A stretch of 64,000 nt of DNA from Candidatus Parcubacteria bacterium (GTDB taxonomy: Bacteria > Patescibacteriota > Minisyncoccia > UBA6257 > HR35), in the NCBI GenBank assembly GCA_025999335.1, contig AP024681.1:523547-587546 (forward strand), read 5' to 3'. Made by a program: the position numbers and the translations under genes. The notes under the pieces are model-generated. The model was given only the letters and a program-made list of their open reading frames with translations. It was not told the origin of the DNA and did no database searches. Positions 38,941 to 49,079 of this stretch are shown here, piece after piece. The number at the start of each line of letters is the position of its first letter. Position 1 is the first letter of the stretch.

Positions 38941-41685
38941 ATGAGAAACTCGACAAACAATTGGAAGACGGTAGTATTAAAAAAGTTTGAGGAACTAGAT
39001 TATAAGAAAGAGATTCTTACAATTTTTGATGAAAGAACCAAAAAGATAGATTTTTCAAGTTGTATTAAGCAACATCAAAAACAGAACTTCGAAGACGAAG
39101 CTTACATAAGAGCCTATCTTGTTTTGAGACTCATAAAAGAGCTTAATTATCCATGTGAAGTGATAGAGTTAGAAAAAAAATATTCCATAGGTCATCCTTC
39201 TAAAAAAGAAGCCCGTTTAGATATTCTTGTTAAGACTAAAAGAGGAAATCCATTCATGTTATTAGAGTGCAAAACCCCAGATAACTTTATCAAAGAAAAA
39301 GATGATGCTCTAGAAAATCAACTTTTTGCAATTGCTAAGCACGAAATAAGAGGCGAAATAAAACCAAAATACTTAGTCTTATATACAATAGATATTGAAA
39401 ATGGAAAAGTTTTAGATAGAGCAATTATAATAGATTTCGAACAATACTCAACTTATGAAGATTGGAAAGAAGCAGGAGAATCTTCCTTGGATGAGATACC
39501 AGCAGATTATGGTATAGCAAAAAAATATACGTATGCCAACATAGAAAGACCAAATCCAAATGGTGGTTTAAAACCCCTAAGAAAAGATTATACTCTTGCA
39601 GATTTTGAAAAGCTAAGAGTAGATCTACATAACAAATTATGGGCTGGAGGTGAGGCTGATTACAACGATATCTTCTATCATCTAATAAAGATAATGCTCG
39701 TTAAAATATATGATGAGTTATTTACGCCCGAAGGAGGAATTTATGACTTTCAAATATTTTATAAGAATGGTGAACCAGAAACCCCAGAGGAACTAGCAGA
39801 AAGATTAGAAAAGAAATACAAAATCGCTTTAAAAGAACTTTTAAACTATGATGATGAAAAAATAAAGGAAATACCTTTGATTGAGAGAGATAAATTTACT
39901 TATGAAAAGTTATTCTATGCCGTAGAGAAACTCCAAGAAATTTCTTTAACAGAAAATATTCATAGCAAAGGAGAAGATGTTTTGGGCTTATTCTTTGAAA
40001 GCATATTACAAAACGAATTTAAACAAAGTAAAGGACAGTATTTCACTCATAAGAATATTGTAAGATTTTTAATTTATGCATTAGAATTAGATAAATTAGC
40101 GATAGACAAGTTGAATCAAACATATCCACACTTTCCATACATTATAGACCCTGCTGCTGGTAGTGGCACATTTCTTGTTGAAGCAATGAAAATTATTACA
40201 AAAGAAGTGTTGAGAAATAAAGATAAATTAAAACTTACTAGATCTTTAAAAGAAAAAATAAAGGACTTAGAAGACCCTAATAGGAAACATCGTTGGGCAG
40301 AAGATTATATTTATGGAATTGAGCCGAACGCCCGTTTAGGTTTAGCAACCAAACTAAACATGATTCTGCATGGCGATGGAAACATGAATATTTTTATTGA
40401 AGATGGTCTAATGCCTTTCAAAATAAAAGATGAAGCGTTTTACACGAGAAAGTGGAAAGGGAAGGATGTTGGTTTGTTGGCTGAGGGTGAAAATACGAGT
40501 ATTTACCCAAAACCAATAAATGGACGTTTTGATGTGGTACTATCAAACCCGCCTTTCTCTATGAAAATTGAGGCGATGAAAGCTTATAGGTACATAAAAG
40601 ATACCTTTGTTTTTTACGATAAGAAAAATTCAGAAAACTTATTTATAGAAAGATGGTTCCAGTTATTAGCCCCCAAAGGAAGATTAGGTGTTGTCTTGCC
40701 AGAAAGTGTTTTTGATACTAAAGAAAACCTATATATCAGGAATTTTCTTTATAAGTATTTCAAAATAAAGGCTATCATCAGCCTGCCTAAGGAAGCTTTT
40801 GAACCTTACACATCAACGAAGGTTAGTTTGTTAATTGCAGAAAAGAAAACCGATGAAGAAATTAAAGCATGGGAGGATAAATGGAGAGAGTATGCAAACA
40901 AATACAATAAATTAAGAAATTCAGAAATAATCCGGTTTTTCATAGAGAACGATAAAATTCTTAACTCTTTCAGAACACTTTTGGACAAACATAATATTGA
41001 AATAGATTATTCAAAAGTTTTGGTTCATGACTTGTTGGATGATAATTTGAAAGGTGAAATTGAAGCAAAAATATTACAAAATGATAAAAATAAATTTAAG
41101 GATTTGGTAAAGAAAATAAAATACTTTAAAGATAAATATAAACTGGACGAGTTAGATACTGAAGAAAATAAGAAAATTCTGAAGGAATTTCTGAAACAAT
41201 TTTATCCACAAGAGCAAGAGCTTAAGAGTTTTAAAGAACTCTTAGAATATGTTTATGATGATGTTCTGGAAATAGCCACTTTGGACTATCCACAAATTGA
41301 AGGGCAAAACAATTACTGTAATAGCTGGTGGGTTTTTGGAGAGGTATCTAAGCACTTTAATTATTCGATATTCTACGCTGAAGTTGAAAACATTGGGTAT
41401 AAGAGAACAAAGAGGGGCGAACAAGACAAAGACATTCCAATAAAAGATGAAAATGGAAATATCATCGCTTTTAAAAACGATTTCTTTAAAGTTAAAGCCG
41501 AGAAAGTGAAGAGAACATATTGGGTTAAGAAAGGGGATAAAGTAGTTCAGGAAGAAAAAGAGGAAATTATCAAAACCGACATAATAATAGATACAGAAAA
41601 TCCTGAAACTGTGCTTGACCATATAAGAAGTGCAAACATTTGGTCAGAAAATTCCAATTTTAATTTTGAGGTGAAAGAAAAATGA
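38941..41685 (+). CDS. Fused restriction endonuclease (HSDR_N-like) and N6-adenine methyltransferase
   Basis: RLDI..LLECK nuclease; GQYFT, DPAAGSG and NPPF methyltransferase motifs. Confidence 0.92.
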   Translation: MRNSTNNWKTVVLKKFEELDYKKEILTIFDERTKKIDFSSCIKQHQKQNFEDEAYIRAYLVLRLIKELNYPCEVIELEKKYSIGHPSKKEARLDILVKTKRGNPFMLLECKTPDNFIKEKDDALENQLFAIAKHEIRGEIKPKYLVLYTIDIENGKVLDRAIIIDFEQYSTYEDWKEAGESSLDEIPADYGIAKKYTYANIERPNPNGGLKPLRKDYTLADFEKLRVDLHNKLWAGGEADYNDIFYHLIKIMLVKIYDELFTPEGGIYDFQIFYKNGEPETPEELAERLEKKYKIALKELLNYDDEKIKEIPLIERDKFTYEKLFYAVEKLQEISLTENIHSKGEDVLGLFFESILQNEFKQSKGQYFTHKNIVRFLIYALELDKLAIDKLNQTYPHFPYIIDPAAGSGTFLVEAMKIITKEVLRNKDKLKLTRSLKEKIKDLEDPNRKHRWAEDYIYGIEPNARLGLATKLNMILHGDGNMNIFIEDGLMPFKIKDEAFYTRKWKGKDVGLLAEGENTSIYPKPINGRFDVVLSNPPFSMKIEAMKAYRYIKDTFVFYDKKNSENLFIERWFQLLAPKGRLGVVLPESVFDTKENLYIRNFLYKYFKIKAIISLPKEAFEPYTSTKVSLLIAEKKTDEEIKAWEDKWREYANKYNKLRNSEIIRFFIENDKILNSFRTLLDKHNIEIDYSKVLVHDLLDDNLKGEIEAKILQNDKNKFKDLVKKIKYFKDKYKLDELDTEENKKILKEFLKQFYPQEQELKSFKELLEYVYDDVLEIATLDYPQIEGQNNYCNSWWVFGEVSKHFNYSIFYAEVENIGYKRTKRGEQDKDIPIKDENGNIIAFKNDFFKVKAEKVKRTYWVKKGDKVVQEEKEEIIKTDIIIDTENPETVLDHIRSANIWSENSNFNFEVKEK

Positions 41686-43076
41686 AAGTACAAAATATTA
41701 CTTTACAAAATATTTCTCGGAATTACTATCTGCGTTTAGATTATAAAATTAATGCGTATCATTCTCATATTAGAAAAGATTATAAAAATGGTTGGAAAGT
41801 AAAGGACTTCCTTAAAATTATCAAGGCAAATCAAACAAAACCAGAAAACTTTGATGAAGGATATTTAATAGAATTAGAACATATTTTAAGCGGAGATGTG
41901 GAATTGAATAATGTTAAAAAAGTTAATGAGATTGGTTCAGATAAAGTTATTCTTAATCAAGCTAATTTTGCTTATTGTAAACTGGAAACAGGTAAAGGCT
42001 ATTTTATAGCTCTTCCTGAGGACATTCCTGATTATGATGGTGTATCATTAATTGTTGGGTCTACAGAGCTAGTACCATGTAGAGTAAGCATTAATAACAA
42101 AATTGCGAAATATTATCTTACACACTTTAAAGAAATTTTTAATATGTTCCTTTCTGGAAAAACGCATAGAAGGATACATGAAATAGAATTCTTAAATATA
42201 GAACTTCCAAAAATAAAAATTAGCAATACTCTATTGGATAAGATAATTTCAATTGAGAAAGAAATCTCTAAACTTAAAACTCAAATCAAGGAACCTAAAA
42301 TTATTGTAGATGAAGTTTTCAGCAAATACTTTAAACTTGATCTGAAACAATATTCAAATTTAGAAAAGAAACATATATTTGGAGAAGATTTGTTTAACTT
42401 ATCTAAATCTGCACAACTCAGGAGTTCTCTAAAGTTTCATCATCCAAAATTTGATTTTGTTTTGAAAAAAATAAAAGAGTTCAAAACTGTAAAACTGAAA
42501 CAATTACTGAAAGAACCTGTAAGAAGAGGCGTTCAACCAGAATATGAAGAAGAAGGGGGAATCCTCGTAATAAAAACTATTAATGTAAATAAAGAAGGAT
42601 ACATTGATTTAACCGAAACCGAATTTGTTAGTGATGAGTTTTATAACAAAGTAAAAAAGAAGGCAGGAATTCAACAAGGAGACATTCTTATAACATCTAC
42701 AGGCGAAGGACGGGGGAAGGTAAGCTTATATGACTTAGATGAACCCGCAATTATAGATACTCACATATCAATAGTCAGGTGCAAAGAAGATGTGAATAAA
42801 AAATATTTAACCTACTTTTTGCTATCAAGTATGGGAGAGAACCAATTAAGTATTTTAGAGCAAGCCATTAAAGGAACCCCAGAAATTTATCCACGAGAAA
42901 TAGAAAAACTTATTGTAATCTATCCTCCCTCTGAAATTCAGAACAAAATAGTTGAAGAAATAGAGACAAAACTTAACGAACAAAGAAAAATTACCAGGCA
43001 AATAGAGAAACTAAAACAAGAAATAGATAAACTGATAGAAAAAGCAATTTTGGATAACAAACTAAAAAATGATTAA
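41682..43076 (+). CDS. R-M specificity subunit (two TRDs)
   Basis: GSTEL, SGKTH.RI, GDILI.STG..GK, P.P..Q..IV motifs; ATGA overlap with the upstream gene. Confidence 0.9.
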   Translation: MKVQNITLQNISRNYYLRLDYKINAYHSHIRKDYKNGWKVKDFLKIIKANQTKPENFDEGYLIELEHILSGDVELNNVKKVNEIGSDKVILNQANFAYCKLETGKGYFIALPEDIPDYDGVSLIVGSTELVPCRVSINNKIAKYYLTHFKEIFNMFLSGKTHRRIHEIEFLNIELPKIKISNTLLDKIISIEKEISKLKTQIKEPKIIVDEVFSKYFKLDLKQYSNLEKKHIFGEDLFNLSKSAQLRSSLKFHHPKFDFVLKKIKEFKTVKLKQLLKEPVRRGVQPEYEEEGGILVIKTINVNKEGYIDLTETEFVSDEFYNKVKKKAGIQQGDILITSTGEGRGKVSLYDLDEPAIIDTHISIVRCKEDVNKKYLTYFLLSSMGENQLSILEQAIKGTPEIYPREIEKLIVIYPPSEIQNKIVEEIETKLNEQRKITRQIEKLKQEIDKLIEKAILDNKLKND

Positions 43077-43350
43077 GACTCTTGGGCGCGTGCGGGACTT
43101 TTTATTTAATTTTGTGAAGTTTATTTTTACAGTTCGCTAATAAACGAATATCTGATTCAAGCTTTTAGTCTTAGGTAAAATTATTCTAGAAATTTTAAAC
43201 ATTAATAATATTATTAAGTTGAAAGTAAAGAAGATGTCGAGAAGTCTAAAAGAAGGTTTTAATATCGCAAAACAACCCCAGCTGTATTCCTTATCTTCAA
43301 TTTCACTTTCCATTCTGTTTGTTTTATAATATTTTCAAGAGTTCGAATAA

Positions 43351-45144
43351 AATTTTCCCTGCGGAGGAGAAAGATTAGAAAAAGGAAAAACATACATCAT
43401 TAGATGGGAGTCCAATGGTGTTTCACATGTTTATCTTAAATTAAGAAAAGGTAATGATGCATACCCAGGACAGGAAGGAATGATATCCGGTATTATTTTT
43501 AATACAGGATTTTATCAGTGGACAGTTCCCAAAACATTACCATATGGAAATGATTACAAGATTAGGGTGATTGATGCTGATTTAATATCTTCAACAAATG
43601 TAGACACAGGACCTGTTATTGATGATAGCGATGCTTCATTTAGTATTGTCTCTTCAACAACTACTCCTTCAATCAGAGTTATTTCACCTAATGGAGGAGA
43701 AAATTGGACTATCGATTCTTATCAAAAAATAAAATGGAGCGCACTCAATGATAAAACAGTTAGTATTTATTTAAAAAGGTATATTTCTTGTCTTTATGCT
43801 CAGCCTAAGTGTCGATTAACAGAACCAATGCCTATAATTATTGCTGAGAATATTCCAAATATAGGTGAATATGATTGGCAAGTTGGGAATATTGTTAAAA
43901 AATTTGAATATCAAACTTTATCTTCAGGTAGTTATATTATTGAGATTAGAGGAAATAATTCAGGAGAAGTAGATGTTAGTGATAAACCGTTGCAAATTGT
44001 TTATACAAATAGTCCTTTAAATCCTTCAAAACAAGCTTGTATTCAGGCTACAACTTTTGCTTATGATCCTAAAAATCCATCAAAATGTCAAGAATTTTCA
44101 ACACCTTGCGATGTTCCCGAGGGTTGGCTAACAACAGATAAATGCCAACAAAAAAATACTTTCTTAGAACCTATGGAGGTGCCAGTATTGGTTATAAAAT
44201 ATTATCCTACTCAAAATGGACGAACTATTGATACTTCCATTACTTTGGATATTCCTCAAGGAAGAACTATCAAAGAACAAGATGAAATCACCAATAGTTT
44301 GAATAAAAAATTGATAAAAGCCCTAACTGAAGGAAGTAAATATCATGGTTATAAAAATTCTAATGCTTTACCTTTTTTAACTTATAAAGTGATTGCAGAA
44401 AAGACATTTTTGAAAAGATTACCTTTAACTGATAACAAAATAATAGATTACTTTAGTATTATGAAAGATCTTAATGTTTGTGATTATGTTGATAATAAAG
44501 GGGTTAAAGAAATTTGGATTTGGGCTTATGCTAGCAATTACGAAATAATGTGGGAATCTAATTTTTCATCTATTTATGGTGATATAAGTAATAGCAATCG
44601 AGACCCTAATGATTTGCCTGTTTGTAAAAAATCGTATACTGTTTACACTTATAATTATGGCAGAGAATATGCTACGGCTTTGGAGAATCATGGTCATCAA
44701 ATAGAGCATATCTTAAATTGGATTGATGGTCGAGATATAACACCAAATGATCAATGGGATAAGCTTTTATTCTGGGGTAAATTTGTTGGGCGAAATTTTG
44801 AAAATAAAATACTGCCTCCTGTTTCTGCTTGTGGTTGGATTCATTCTCCGCCAAATACAGAAAAAGATTATCATTGGTATGAGAAAACCCAAGTATTTTC
44901 AGACTGTGAGGATTGGAATCCAAATAGAACAGGCAAGAAAAAACCTGTAAACTGCGTTACCTGGACTGGTAATTCTGAATGTAAAGATGATGGCGGAGGA
45001 GAAATGTTTAAAATTTGGTGGATGCAAAATATTCCTGGCTATAAAAATGAGCTTTACTATAATAATATCAAACTAAGAAATTGGTGGGAATTTATTGGCG
45101 ATTTTGATGAAGCTTTGAAAATAGGGAAAAGTTTGACTTACTGA
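43351..45144 (+). pseudogene. 5'-truncated surface protein with Ser/Thr-rich (SPNGGE-type) Ig-like repeats
   Basis: Frame is open upstream of ATG 43480 (FPCGGERLEKGKTYIIRW, matching internal SPNGGENW..KIKW) back to a stop at 43348; no signal peptide. Confidence 0.65.
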
Positions 45145-45572
45145 ATAAATAATTTTTTTATTTTCAGTTAGATATTTTTTAATTAAATTTTGTTTCTAAA
45201 TTAGTTTTTAATTCATTAAGTAATCTTTTAGTTTCATCAAAAAATTTTCGTTGTTATTATAATTTTCAGTATAGAAAACAATTTTTAATTGATTTTGAGC
45301 AATTAGTTTTATAGTAAAAATTTCTTGAAGTTGAGAAGATATATTCAAATCTTTAGCTATCTTATTGTAAATATTTTCGATTTCATAAACAGATAATTTT
45401 TCAACTTCACCGCTAATATTAAAAAATGTTTTTTCTTTGAATTTCAGAAAAATTAAGTTTAATTTTTTTGTTTGTTTAATTTCGATTTCTTGAGATATTT
45501 GGCGTTTTTGTTTGTTTTTTTAAATAATTTTTCAAAAAATTTCATTTTTCATTTTTTATTTTAATAAGACTT

Positions 45573-46844
45573 TTATAATTTTAAAATAGTTTTTTTGAAA
45601 TTTGAAAACCTGTTTTCTTTAATTGACTTTCTAATTTCTTTAAATAAATTCAAAATCCAGAACACATTATGTTCAGTTAAAAGTATAATGCCGTAAATTT
45701 CTTTTTCGCGAAGCAGATGACAAATATATGCTCGTGAATATTTTCTACAAATATTACATTTGCATTTGGGATCAATAGGTTTTTTATCTGTTAAATATTT
45801 ACTTGCTTTTAAATTAATTCTTCCATTAAAACTAAATCCTGTTCCATGCCTTGCCCATCTGGTTGGAATTACACAATCAAATAAATCAATTCCTTGTTCA
45901 ATTGAATTCAAAATATCATCAATTTCTCCAATTCCCAAAAGATGTCGTGGTTTTTTATAATCAAGATAAGGCAAAGCCCAACTTAAAACTTTAATAATAT
46001 CTTTTTTACTTTTACCCAAACTTCCACCGATACCAAAACCAAAAAAGGGAAGTGAATTAATAAATTGAGCCGATTCTTTTCTTAAATCTTCATATTCTCC
46101 TCCTTGAACAATTCCAAACAAAACTTGATTTTTGGTTTTACCAAATTCATCCAAGCATTTAATTGCCCATTTATGAGTTCTTTTTAATGCTTCTTTTGTG
46201 TATTTATAATCAGACAAAGGGGAAGTGCATTCATCAAAAGCAAAAATAATATCTGCGCCCAAAATTTTTTGAACTTTAATTGAAATTTTTGGAGATAAAA
46301 ATAATTTTTGTCCATTGTAAGGATCAATAAATTCAACACCATCATCATAAATTCTAACCAGATTCTTTTTTAATGCAGATAAACGCGGATTTTTATCACG
46401 CGGATTTACGCCGATATTATTTTCTGTGTATATCCCGTTTTTTTTATTTTCCGCGTAGTTCCGCGTTAGTTCTGCAGAGTTTTTCATTTCCTCAGGAAAA
46501 ATATCTGCCACTTTTCCAACCCCATGTTCCATTCCGAAACCCAAACTAAAAACCTGAAATCCTCCACTATCAGTCATTAAAGGATAATTAATATTTAAAA
46601 ATTTATGCAAACTACCAAATTTTTTAATAATTTTATATTTTTCCTGACGAAAAAAATGAAAAGTATTAATCATAAAAATTTCAGCACCAAATTTTTTAGC
46701 TTGTTCAAAACTTAAACCTCGAATACCACCTTTTGTTGCAACAATTGCTAAATTAGGAGTTTTAATTAAACCATGAGGTGTTTTAAAAATTCCTAATCTT
46801 GCTTTTGTTGTTTTGTCTTTCTTTAATATTTTAAATTTAAACAT
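45573..46844 (-). CDS. tgt: tRNA-guanine transglycosylase
   Basis: TDSGGFQVFSL, FDECT, GIVQGG, PRHLLG, DCVIPTR and C.C..C motifs. Confidence 0.97.
   Translation of the reverse strand: MFKFKILKKDKTTKARLGIFKTPHGLIKTPNLAIVATKGGIRGLSFEQAKKFGAEIFMINTFHFFRQEKYKIIKKFGSLHKFLNINYPLMTDSGGFQVFSLGFGMEHGVGKVADIFPEEMKNSAELTRNYAENKKNGIYTENNIGVNPRDKNPRLSALKKNLVRIYDDGVEFIDPYNGQKLFLSPKISIKVQKILGADIIFAFDECTSPLSDYKYTKEALKRTHKWAIKCLDEFGKTKNQVLFGIVQGGEYEDLRKESAQFINSLPFFGFGIGGSLGKSKKDIIKVLSWALPYLDYKKPRHLLGIGEIDDILNSIEQGIDLFDCVIPTRWARHGTGFSFNGRINLKASKYLTDKKPIDPKCKCNICRKYSRAYICHLLREKEIYGIILLTEHNVFWILNLFKEIRKSIKENRFSNFKKTILKL
46373..46477. repeat. In-frame inverted array of ACGCGGA / TCCGCGT units in tgt
   Basis: GCAGAT-AA-ACGCGGAT..ACGCGGAT-TT-ACGCCGAT versus TTCCGCGT-AG-TTCCGCGT-TAG-TTCTGC. 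Confidence 0.88.
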
Positions 46845-46845
46845 T

Positions 46846-47724
46846 TTAGTAAAATATTGTTTTAATTTTTGGATAAGGAATCTTAAATTTAATTTTATGA
46901 GCCAAATTCCAAATTAAATTATCAACTAAATAAGACGGCAAAGCTAATTTTTTTGATAAATTTTCTCCTAAAATAATACTTGCCCACCTTAATTCATTTT
47001 CCAAGATTGAATGTGTTTTGATATTTTTTTTATTTTTTATTTTATTTAAAATGTTTTTTGGCAAAGAAATTAGGTTAAAGTTTATAAACAATTGTGGTAA
47101 TTTATAATCAACAAAAACAGTTAATTCTTCTAACTCAGTTTTGAATTTTTTATCTAGTTTATTACCAATAATAAATTCAAAATATAAAAGTTGGTTTGGT
47201 TTTAAAAAATAAAAATTTCGATAATAATCTTTAAATTTTTTCAAATAAAAAAGATTTAAACAAAATTTTAATGGATTTTTGTTTTCTTCAAAGTAATTTA
47301 AAAAATCACCATCATAATTTTTATTGAGCCAAGCTAAAGCTTGTTTGAAAATTTTATATCTTAAATTAGCTAAATTATAATTTTCTTTTGGTGAAATTAA
47401 TTTTCTAAAAATATCAAAATCTATTTTATTAAAATTAATATTGAATAAATTTTTTGTTTTTAACAAAAGTCCATAGAATCCTTTTTCGTTTTTAAATTGC
47501 CAATTTTTAGGAAATTCCCATAATCTAAAATCTAAAACTCTAAGAAAAAATAAGAAATTACTTAATTTTTTAAGCTCAATATTTTTTAAATATTTTTTAA
47601 ATTTATCAAAATCTTGTTTTTCTTTTTTTATTAACTTAAAAAAGTCTGTATTAATTTCATTTGTTTCTATAATCCTAAATTGATAATTTTTATTTTTGTC
47701 TAATATAAAATTTTTCAAACTCAT
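46846..47724 (-). CDS. Queuosine salvage glycosylase (DUF2419/QNG1-like)
   Basis: VDYKLPQ, E.ELR.ASI, VDNLIW and C-terminal TIFY; directly upstream of tgt. Confidence 0.8.
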   Translation of the reverse strand: MSLKNFILDKNKNYQFRIIETNEINTDFFKLIKKEKQDFDKFKKYLKNIELKKLSNFLFFLRVLDFRLWEFPKNWQFKNEKGFYGLLLKTKNLFNINFNKIDFDIFRKLISPKENYNLANLRYKIFKQALAWLNKNYDGDFLNYFEENKNPLKFCLNLFYLKKFKDYYRNFYFLKPNQLLYFEFIIGNKLDKKFKTELEELTVFVDYKLPQLFINFNLISLPKNILNKIKNKKNIKTHSILENELRWASIILGENLSKKLALPSYLVDNLIWNLAHKIKFKIPYPKIKTIFY

Positions 47725-47744
47725 TTATAATAATTATAAATATA

Positions 47745-49079
47745 ATGAAAAACTATTTAACTATTTTGGAAAAATTAATATCTTTTAAAACAGTTTCAGC
47801 TGATAGTTGCAAGATTAATGAATTTAAAAGAATTATTAATTTTATCAAAAGTATTTTAATAAAAGAAGGTTTTAAAATTGACATAATTGGCAAGCAACAT
47901 CCTCTTTTTATAGCTTCGAAATTTATTTCTACTTCTTCAAAAACTATTGGTGTTTATTGTCATTATGATGTTCAACCTGTTGAACCATTAGACCAATGGA
48001 ATTGCGATCCTTTTAAGATGGTAATTAAAAATAATAAAATTTATGGTCGTGGTGTTGCTGATGACAAAGGACATTTATCTCAAAATATTTCTGCTGTATT
48101 AGATTTATTAAAAGAAAAAAAATTAAAAAATAATATTATTTTTATATTTGAAGGGGAAGAGGAACTTGGCTCACTAAATTTTGAAAAATATGTTAATGAA
48201 GTTAAGAATCATTTAAATAAAGTTGATTTATTTTTATTAAATGATGTAGGTATGATAAAAAATAATGTACCAACAATTTATTATGCTTTAAGAGGAATTA
48301 TTTATTTTGAACTTGAAATTTGGACAGGTAGTAGGGATTTACATTCAGGAGTTTATGGTAATTTAGTTTATAATCCTATTCAAATATTAATTGAACTTTT
48401 TTATAGAATCAGAAATCTAAAAGGTAATTTGAAAATACCGAAATTTTATAATCAATGTAGAAAAATTTCTATAAAAGAAAAAAAAATGTTGATAACAGAA
48501 GAAAAGGATTTAAATACTATTAAAAAAGCAAGTGGAGTATTTGCCTTAAATCCTTTAGATAAAAATTTTCCTTTAATATCTTCCAAAATTCATCCATCTT
48601 TGGAGGTAAATGGTTTTATTTCTGGTTATACAGCAGAAGGACCAAAAACAATTATTCCAAATTATGCCAAAATTAAATTTTCCATAAGATTAATTGAATA
48701 TCAAGATCCAAAAAATATTATCAGTTTAGTGAAGGATTTTATTCATAACAATTTGCCATCACAAATTAAGTATTCCTTAAAAGTTTTATCAGCATCTAAA
48801 CCTTTTTATTGTGATTATAAAAATTATTATTTTAAAAAAGTTTCAAAAATTTTGGAAGAAGAATTTGGCAATAAATGTGTTTTTACTCGAGAAGGTGGTA
48901 GTATTCCTGCTGCTGAAATTTTGTTGACAAAATTTAACAAACCAATAATTTTAACAGGTTTTATTTTGCCTGGTTCAAACATTCATGCTCCTAACGAAAA
49001 TTTTGATTTAAAAAATTTCTTAAAAGGTATAAATGTATTAAAAAAAATTTATAGTTTTTATTTTTCAGAAAATGATTAA
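47745..49079 (+). CDS. M20 family dipeptidase
   Basis: HYDVQP, GRGVADDKG, EGEEE.GS, DLHSG and HAPNE motifs. Confidence 0.93.
   Translation: MKNYLTILEKLISFKTVSADSCKINEFKRIINFIKSILIKEGFKIDIIGKQHPLFIASKFISTSSKTIGVYCHYDVQPVEPLDQWNCDPFKMVIKNNKIYGRGVADDKGHLSQNISAVLDLLKEKKLKNNIIFIFEGEEELGSLNFEKYVNEVKNHLNKVDLFLLNDVGMIKNNVPTIYYALRGIIYFELEIWTGSRDLHSGVYGNLVYNPIQILIELFYRIRNLKGNLKIPKFYNQCRKISIKEKKMLITEEKDLNTIKKASGVFALNPLDKNFPLISSKIHPSLEVNGFISGYTAEGPKTIIPNYAKIKFSIRLIEYQDPKNIISLVKDFIHNNLPSQIKYSLKVLSASKPFYCDYKNYYFKKVSKILEEEFGNKCVFTREGGSIPAAEILLTKFNKPIILTGFILPGSNIHAPNENFDLKNFLKGINVLKKIYSFYFSEND

Larger units (their letters stand above)
32112..43350. mobile_element. Integrative element (recombinase, primase-helicase, R-M cargo) at tRNA-Asn; right end approximate
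   Basis: Gene content; left end overlaps the tRNA; the gene to the right is 5'-truncated at ~43351. Confidence 0.75.

Noticed and set aside
43077-43170. attC-like site after the R-M operon (GGGCGCGTGCGGGAC, CGCTAATAAACG)
   Set aside because: No convincing paired R/L boxes and no integron integrase.
45181-45552. Possible minus-strand gene downstream of tgt
   Set aside because: Two stops follow the only ATG and I recognise no homology; may be a decayed gene.
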